A stretch of DNA of 32,000 bases from Candidatus Saccharimonadota bacterium (lineage in GTDB: Bacteria; Bacteroidota; Bacteroidia; Cytophagales; Amoebophilaceae): the NCBI RefSeq assembly GCF_003351905.1, contig NZ_CP022339.1, positions 390,001 to 422,000 of the forward strand. The letters run 5' to 3'. Under the pieces are notes generated by a model that ran no database searches, was not told where the DNA came from, and saw nothing but the letters and a program-made list of their open reading frames with translations. This document shows positions 27,250 to 32,000 of the stretch, one piece after another. How positions within the stretch are numbered: position 1 is the first letter of the stretch; the number at the start of each line of letters is the position of its first letter. Made by a program: the position numbers and the translations under genes.

Positions 27250-27972
27250 GTGATTAAAATATATAACGACATAGGCGTTTCTAAAACAAGTGTGCAACAC
27301 TGTTTATATAGCTTAAAGTTGCATATACCCCCCAATTATAGAGTAGGTTATATTTCTGCTTCAGAAATCATAGAAGGGAATGGGCTGGAAGGGGTACGTT
27401 TACTCATTTTACCAGGAGGCAGAGATCTCTATTATATGCAAAGCTTACAGCATCAAGGAAATAAACGGATACAAGATTATCTATCAGGTGGTGGAAACTT
27501 TTTAGGCATCTGCGCAGGTAGTTATTACAGTGGGAGCTACCTCGTGTTTGCACCAGGAACACCTATTGAGGTTATAGGTTCTAGAGCACTGGGTTTATTT
27601 CAAGGCGTAGTCAAAGGCCCTGTATTAGCACCTTATTATTATGGATCCTATAAAGGTGCATCTGCTGCACGTGTGCTCATAACTACAGATGCGCAAGCAT
27701 CTTATGTTTATTATAATGGTGGAGGCTATTTTGTTGATGCAGACAAAGTGGACCATACAACTGTACTAGCCCGTTATCAACATGGAGAAGCAGCCATAAT
27801 ACAGTGTAAGTATGGCCTTGGGCGTGCCATTTTAAGTGGTGTCCATATAGAATATGATCCTTACATGATGCAAGCGCCATCGCTTCAGTCTATTCAAAAG
27901 ACTTTAAAAAAGTATAACAGACAAAGAATTAAGTTATTGAAGGATCTATTAGCCCTAGTATCCATTCAGTAA
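27250..27972 (+). CDS. stand-alone BPL_N domain protein (glutamine-amidotransferase-like fold of the N-terminal domain of eukaryotic biotin-protein ligases)
   Basis: GTG start. IKIYNDIGVSKTSVQH, LILPGGRDLYY, GGNFLGICAGSYY, EVIGSRALGLF, YYNGGGYFVDADKVDHTTVLARY and GLGRAILSGVHIEY parallel, from my memory of it, the N-terminal domain of yeast Bpl1 (VYNGPG..S, FPGGADLPY, GG.F.GFCAGGYF, EV.GSR.L.FF, YFNGGAVFVDAD, GRGKVLLTGPHPE). No BirA catalytic domain follows. Confidence 0.75.
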   Translation: MIKIYNDIGVSKTSVQHCLYSLKLHIPPNYRVGYISASEIIEGNGLEGVRLLILPGGRDLYYMQSLQHQGNKRIQDYLSGGGNFLGICAGSYYSGSYLVFAPGTPIEVIGSRALGLFQGVVKGPVLAPYYYGSYKGASAARVLITTDAQASYVYYNGGGYFVDADKVDHTTVLARYQHGEAAIIQCKYGLGRAILSGVHIEYDPYMMQAPSLQSIQKTLKKYNRQRIKLLKDLLALVSIQ

Positions 27973-28053
27973 ACCTGCTTGCTGATACCTAGCATTCAGG
28001 CAATAGGTACACTTTACGACTACATGGAAGCCTTGCTTGGCTACTGGACTATG

Positions 28054-28986
28054 CTACACAACGCCACCGAAGTTTCGTTGTTGTTTTTGAAAAAAAGTTA
28101 AGGCTTCCATCAAGTCCTCTTTCTTGAAAGCTGGCCAATATAAATCTGTAAAATACAATTCTGAATAAGCAGATTGCCAGGGCAAAAAATTACTTATGCG
28201 TTTTTGACCACCTGTACGTATCAACAAATCAATATCAGGCAACTGCCTTGTGTTTAAATATTCTTTATATATAGTTGGTGTAATTTTAATATGATAATCA
28301 TGTGCAAATTTTATAAAATGCTCAAAACGGGAATTGCTATCAAAGCCCTTATTGAGAAATTCATGCACTATTTTATGCAAAGCATCCTTAACGATCGCCT
28401 CAGAGGCAGCTACTACTTCCGCCTGGCCGCCATAATTGATGGCAACAGTTAAGTGTAATTTAGTATTATCCTTGGTAAGCGTTATGGCCTCGTTTAATTT
28501 TTCCCAGCAAAAATCAGGTATCCCCTTTGTCTCCCCTACCACACGAAATTTAATATTATATTTAGAAAATAGATGGATATTCTCAGCAATACCTTCCGTA
28601 ATCACTCTAAAAATGGTATCTATTTCTTGCGCGGGGCGACTCCAATTTTCAGTAGAAAAAGCATACAGGGTTAAATAGGAAATGCCTTGCTCCAAACATC
28701 CAGTTATCACCTCATTGACCGCTTTTTTTGCATTTTTATGTCCATATGATCTATCCCCTATGGCTTTTTTCCCCCATCGGCCATTACCATCCATAATAAT
28801 GGCAACATGCCTTGGTTTTTTTTGTAAGCTAGGTGAAGGGCTGGCATCATACTGATTTGAAGAAGTATATCCAGGTAGTAGGGTAAATAGCAGGGCACAG
28901 ACTATAAATACTTTGCTACATAGATTCACTACAATAAGGGAAAATGGATTTTTTTTATCTGTCATTACAGCAAACAGGTTACGCAT
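28054..28986 (-). CDS. uppS: isoprenyl transferase (undecaprenyl-diphosphate synthase) with N-terminal hydrophobic extension
   Basis: HVAIIMDGNGRWGKK, LTLYAFSTENWSRP, NYGG, IRTGGQKRISNFLPWQSAYSELYFTDLYWP, RNFGG. 310 aa versus about 250 typical. Confidence 0.92.
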   Translation of the reverse strand: MRNLFAVMTDKKNPFSLIVVNLCSKVFIVCALLFTLLPGYTSSNQYDASPSPSLQKKPRHVAIIMDGNGRWGKKAIGDRSYGHKNAKKAVNEVITGCLEQGISYLTLYAFSTENWSRPAQEIDTIFRVITEGIAENIHLFSKYNIKFRVVGETKGIPDFCWEKLNEAITLTKDNTKLHLTVAINYGGQAEVVAASEAIVKDALHKIVHEFLNKGFDSNSRFEHFIKFAHDYHIKITPTIYKEYLNTRQLPDIDLLIRTGGQKRISNFLPWQSAYSELYFTDLYWPAFKKEDLMEALTFFQKQQRNFGGVV

Positions 28987-29177
28987 CTGAAAAGCTTCTT
29001 TTTACCTTAAATGAATAGCATCCAACACCATTAGAAAAAATATAGCGGCAGGACCCCACTACTCGTGAGGATACGGCCACAATTTAAACAAAATCATAAT
29101 ATACTCCAAAAGAACCCAGACCTATTTGTCCGCTATAGAGGTCTATAGTAATTGATCAGAAAAGCAATTTAACTGGA

Positions 29178-29819
29178 TCAAAGGTGTGTCCGTTGGGCGG
29201 CAATGTGTGCGGTAATGCTTTTAATGCATTCAGCAGCCTCATCTTGTGGATTGATTTGCAGATAGGGACATAGATCCAGTTGGAGCGCTTGTTGGTATGC
29301 CTGTTTAATGGCTTCAAAGCGCTCTTGAGGCATTTGATCAAATGCGTCCTGTTTGTTTCTGGTCTGGTTGCGCAATTGGAAGCGATCGAAACCGATATCA
29401 CAGTATATGCATAGATCTGGCATTAAGCCAGAAAAGGTACGATGCATGGTTAAAAAAGGTGCCCAATATTGGGGTGTATCTGTGAGTTGATAGGCTATGG
29501 TAGAAAAAATAAATCGATCAAAGATGAGCACATCTACATCATCTACCCATGCTTCTTGATGAATCAATTCATGTCGTGCTGCTACAAAGAGTAAAAATTC
29601 AGTAATAGGGTGGGCACCTTCACTTTTAAGGGTTAAGATGGTTTGCCAAATTACTTCTGTATTTTTATTCCCTTTAGGATCATGCAACAATTTTACACGA
29701 TAAAATTGGTTTAACGCAGCTTGAATCTGGTACGCCAAAGTCGTTTTCCCAGCAAGGTCTACCCCTTCAACAACCAAAACGAATGGGCTACGTTGCCTAC
29801 GGGTAATCAAATTTTCCAT
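29178..29819 (-). CDS. tmk: dTMP (thymidylate) kinase, divergent
   Basis: P-loop FVLVVEGVDLAGKTTL, FVAARHE, FDRFIFSTIAYQ and PDLCIYCD fit the Tmk layout. The track start 29834 is a TTG. ATG 29819 (MENLI) is more likely. Confidence 0.72.
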   Translation of the reverse strand: MENLITRRQRSPFVLVVEGVDLAGKTTLAYQIQAALNQFYRVKLLHDPKGNKNTEVIWQTILTLKSEGAHPITEFLLFVAARHELIHQEAWVDDVDVLIFDRFIFSTIAYQLTDTPQYWAPFLTMHRTFSGLMPDLCIYCDIGFDRFQLRNQTRNKQDAFDQMPQERFEAIKQAYQQALQLDLCPYLQINPQDEAAECIKSITAHIAAQRTHL

Positions 29820-30118
29820 ATACTTCACGGTCAAGACTAAAAATTACAGCTAAAGCTGAAAAACCAATGGTACCACCTAAAAATACAAATAAATCGCACG
29901 ACCCATGAAACAATTCAGTTTTCGTTAAATTTAGGTATATTGGAACCCAACCATTCAGTAGACTGCTTGCAAAGCACTCGTGGTCCTTTGCGCGCCGATA
30001 CGGTGGTTTAACCCCTCACGCACATCTAGTACGTTACCGTTTTGTGCGTCGTTGCTGCATCATAAGCGCATTTCAAAAGAAATCTAGTGATACAGTAGTC
30101 CAGGAATAATTTTAATAT

Positions 30119-30991
30119 ATGATGAGTGCTATTCAAGATTTTTTTTCCTTCTCTGATCCCAATGTACGCAACGTACTATTAGGCACCATCCTGCTGAGTA
30201 CCAGTAGTGCTATGATTGGTGCATTTGCCCTGCTCAAAAGAAAGACTTTAATCAGCGATTCCATTGCACATGCCGTACTACCTGGTAGCTGTTTGGCTTT
30301 CTTCCTAACTGGAGAAAAAAACTCTATTTGGCTTATTATAAGTGCTTTTATTACAGGTTGGCTGGCCTCTATAGCCATTGATCAAATCACAGCCCATTCC
30401 AAAATAAAGCAAGATGCAGCCATTGCTATCGTTGCTTCCGTAGCGTTTGGCTTTGGTAGTTTTTTGCTATCTATATTGCAACATAGTGGTCAAGCGAGCC
30501 AAGGGGGCTTAAAATCGTTTTTATTAGGTAGTGCGGCTACCCTACTACGAGCAGATGTGGTACTGCTACTCTGGTTGGGCTTGCTCATCATTTTAGTTTT
30601 ATGCTTGTTTTTCAAAGAATTTATGGTTATTGCTTTTGATCGTCTTTTTGCGCAATCGATCGGTATTCCTGTTAAAAAAATGGATTTTTTGTTTACCAGT
30701 TTAATGGTGCTTTCCATTGTCATTGGCATTAGGGCGGTAGGTGTCGTATTGATGAGTGCCATGCTGATTACGCCAGCCACTACGGCACGATTCTGGACGG
30801 CTAAAATTTCCTATATCATGCTATTTGCTACATTGATTGCACTATTTGCTTCTTTAACAGGGGCGTTCATTTCTTATATGGTTCCTGCTATGCCTACTGG
30901 GCCTTGGATTGTACTGATTATGTCACTTATCGCTTATGGTTCTTTTCTTGTTTCTTGGTGTTGCCGCATACTCAAAAAAAATGGATCATAG
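30119..30991 (+). CDS. metal (Zn/Mn-type) ABC transporter permease, ABC-3 family
   Basis: About 8-9 TM helices. The pattern resembles ZnuB/MntB/TroC-like permeases: LLGTILLSTSSAMIGAFALLKRKTLISDSIAHAVLPG, VLMSAMLITPATTARFW. 290 aa. Confidence 0.85.
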   Translation: MMSAIQDFFSFSDPNVRNVLLGTILLSTSSAMIGAFALLKRKTLISDSIAHAVLPGSCLAFFLTGEKNSIWLIISAFITGWLASIAIDQITAHSKIKQDAAIAIVASVAFGFGSFLLSILQHSGQASQGGLKSFLLGSAATLLRADVVLLLWLGLLIILVLCLFFKEFMVIAFDRLFAQSIGIPVKKMDFLFTSLMVLSIVIGIRAVGVVLMSAMLITPATTARFWTAKISYIMLFATLIALFASLTGAFISYMVPAMPTGPWIVLIMSLIAYGSFLVSWCCRILKKNGS

Positions 30992-31438
30992 ATGCTACCA
31001 CTTACTTTGCCTTCCTTTGGTTATAAAACCAAGCAAGTATTAGATAAAACCTATATTTTAGATCTGGTACGTAAAAGATATGTATTGCTCACACCAGAAG
31101 AATGGGTACGGCAACATATGCTGCATTACTTGATTCATCACTGTGGGTATCCTAAGGGGTTATGCTGTTTGGAAAAAAGAATATATGGGGGAAAAAGGTA
31201 TTATAGGCCTGATATTATATGCTGCGATAGATTGGGTACCGCTAAAATGGTGGTAGAATGCAAAGCCCCCTACATCACCCTGACCAACGCAACCTTAGGG
31301 CAAATGATGCAATACAACCGACAGCTTGCTGTAGCGCACTTAGTAGTCACCAATGGGATCAGCCATTTTTGTTGGCAGTGGGAAGCAACCTTAAGGCAAT
31401 TTCAAGCGATAAGCTATATTCCAACCTATCAAGCATGA
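30992..31438 (+). CDS. type I restriction enzyme HsdR N-terminal domain-containing small protein
   Basis: LTPEEWVRQHMLHYL, RPDIICCD, MVVECKAPYITL, QMMQYNRQLAVAHLVVTNG match the roughly 150-aa stand-alone HsdR_N-type proteins common in Bacteroidota (PD-(D/E)xK-like D...ExK). The ATG directly abuts the permease stop (TAGATG). Confidence 0.75.
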   Translation: MLPLTLPSFGYKTKQVLDKTYILDLVRKRYVLLTPEEWVRQHMLHYLIHHCGYPKGLCCLEKRIYGGKRYYRPDIICCDRLGTAKMVVECKAPYITLTNATLGQMMQYNRQLAVAHLVVTNGISHFCWQWEATLRQFQAISYIPTYQA

Positions 31439-31535
31439 TCCATTAGTGGCTGGCATCTATACCCAACTATTCCAAAAGCTTGATGGAAGCCTATTGGAAA
31501 AGACCCTAAAGCTTATTCGCAGATGCATAAAAAAA

Positions 31536-31630
31536 GCAAGCCGAATATCGCGCTGCTACAACCACTATACCCTTGTTCCCTTCCAGGCCTGGGGGGATTA
31601 AGTAGGAGCTAGCCGTACCGGCTTGCCGTA
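31536..31630 (-). ncRNA. ffs: signal recognition particle RNA (small 4.5S-type)
   Basis: The reverse strand reads (UAC)GGCAAGCCGGUACGGCUAGCUCCUACUUAAUCCCCCCAGGCCUGGAAGGGAACAAGGGUAUAGUGGUUGUAGCAGCGCGAUAUUCGGCUUGC followed by U7. It forms one long hairpin closed by GCAAGCCG/CGGCUUGC. The apical CAGG-CCU-GGAA-GGG-AACA resembles the conserved domain IV (CAGG-UCC-GGAA-GGA-AGCA in E. coli 4.5S, from memory). A TAAATTTA -7-like box lies just upstream. The 5' end is approximate. Confidence 0.6.
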
Positions 31631-31813
31631 GTAAATTTAGTGTTTTTTATTGAAATTAAAAAGTTTGTGTTCAAACAATGAGCGCCAACTTAAGGGAAAT
31701 CTATTCTAGCACAGAGCTACCTATTCATGAAACTGATTAGTAAGGCATTTTTATTTTTACTTTTTTCTTGATAAACAATCAGTGACTTGAACAAACCCCT
31801 GCCCATTAGTGCG

Positions 31814-32000
31814 TTATGCATCTAATAAGCCATCTGTATAACGTTTTATAAATGCAGCCAACGGTTCTCCTTCTAAAAGACCTTGTGCCAGTAGAGCCAA
31901 GTGATAAGCCTGTTCCACCAATGGTTTTTGTACCGCTTGATCAGTAGTAGCAAGGATTTTCTTTGCCAAAGGATGATTCCCGTTAATGGCTACATGCATG
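31814..32000 (-). CDS. htpG: molecular chaperone HtpG (Hsp90), C-terminal fragment; the gene continues beyond the right edge
   Basis: The C-terminal tail AINGNHPLAKKIL...LVEQAYHLALLAQGLLEGEPLAAFIKRYTDGLL parallels the E. coli HtpG end (LNPDHVLVKTL...[28 protein letters not shown], from memory). Confidence 0.7.
   Translation of the reverse strand, partial: MHVAINGNHPLAKKILATTDQAVQKPLVEQAYHLALLAQGLLEGEPLAAFIKRYTDGLLDA

Noticed and set aside
26431-27335. Small ORFs inside or antisense to the M28 peptidase gene and in the M28/BPL_N divergent spacer (26431-26622, 26546-26794, 26718-26942, 27153-27335)
   Set aside because: They are nested, antisense or overlapping the BPL_N start, with no features. 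The palindrome gaccat-gt-atggtc at 27163-27176 was noted but is too short to interpret.
29156-29401. 81-codon minus-strand ORF overlapping the 3' part of tmk in another frame
   Set aside because: The tmk frame carries the P-loop and the rest of the kinase layout. The alternative frame has none.
30133-30780. Antisense ORFs within the metal permease gene (30133-30378, 30490-30780)
   Set aside because: The antisense of a TM-rich gene commonly stays open. No independent support.
1-32000. Looked for CRISPR arrays, IS elements or transposases, integrases, phage genes, toxin-antitoxin pairs, rRNA, tmRNA, RNase P RNA, additional tRNAs, and small ribosomal protein genes in the spacers
   Set aside because: I saw no regularly spaced direct repeats, DDE or tyrosine-recombinase motifs, terminal inverted repeats, conserved RNA signatures (other than tRNA-Arg and the SRP RNA candidate), or recognisable small r-protein ORFs. 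This was a by-eye scan only; Infernal/tRNAscan/ISfinder runs would be decisive.

Overview
This window is about 40% GC. It looks like Bacteroidota: start codons lack Shine-Dalgarno sequences, two genes have TAnnTTTG -7 boxes upstream, and there is a small stand-alone HsdR-N protein and a 618-aa ParE. Ankyrin-repeat genes sit between housekeeping genes, so an intracellular Cytophagales/Amoebophilaceae-like symbiont is plausible, but the organism call is inference only. Most of the window is core housekeeping: recJ, pdhA, beta-carbonic anhydrase, trpS, pssA, murB, leuS, pheS, ruvC, tRNA-Arg(CCU), parE, an M28 peptidase, uppS, tmk, a metal ABC permease, an SRP RNA and the 3' end of htpG. I found no CRISPR array, intact transposase, prophage or recognisable defence or secretion operon. 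The non-core content is as follows. (1) A lineage-specific family of lipobox-ankyrin genes has an intact copy at 3063-3965, an intact copy at 9007-9783, a truncated paralogue at 2370-2831 and a codon-alignable dead 5' relic at 4125-4211. The intact copies and the relic share a conserved leader plus a 24-codon signal peptide. (2) The 9007-9783 copy lies in a 1.5-kb segment bracketed by a 23-nt hairpin-containing direct repeat and is followed by 700 bp with no long ORF. (3) A 1023-aa exported HExxH protein with a beta-propeller-like middle and an uncharacterised C-terminal domain sits directly upstream of murB. (4) There is a stand-alone homologue of the N-terminal domain of eukaryotic biotin-protein ligase. 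(5) There are two uncharacterised exported or outer-membrane-like proteins. One of them (1-1020, minus strand) is missing from the ORF track because it runs off the window edge. Nothing here amounts to a demonstrable new multi-gene system. The ankyrin-lipoprotein family and the HExxH envelope protein are the best leads.
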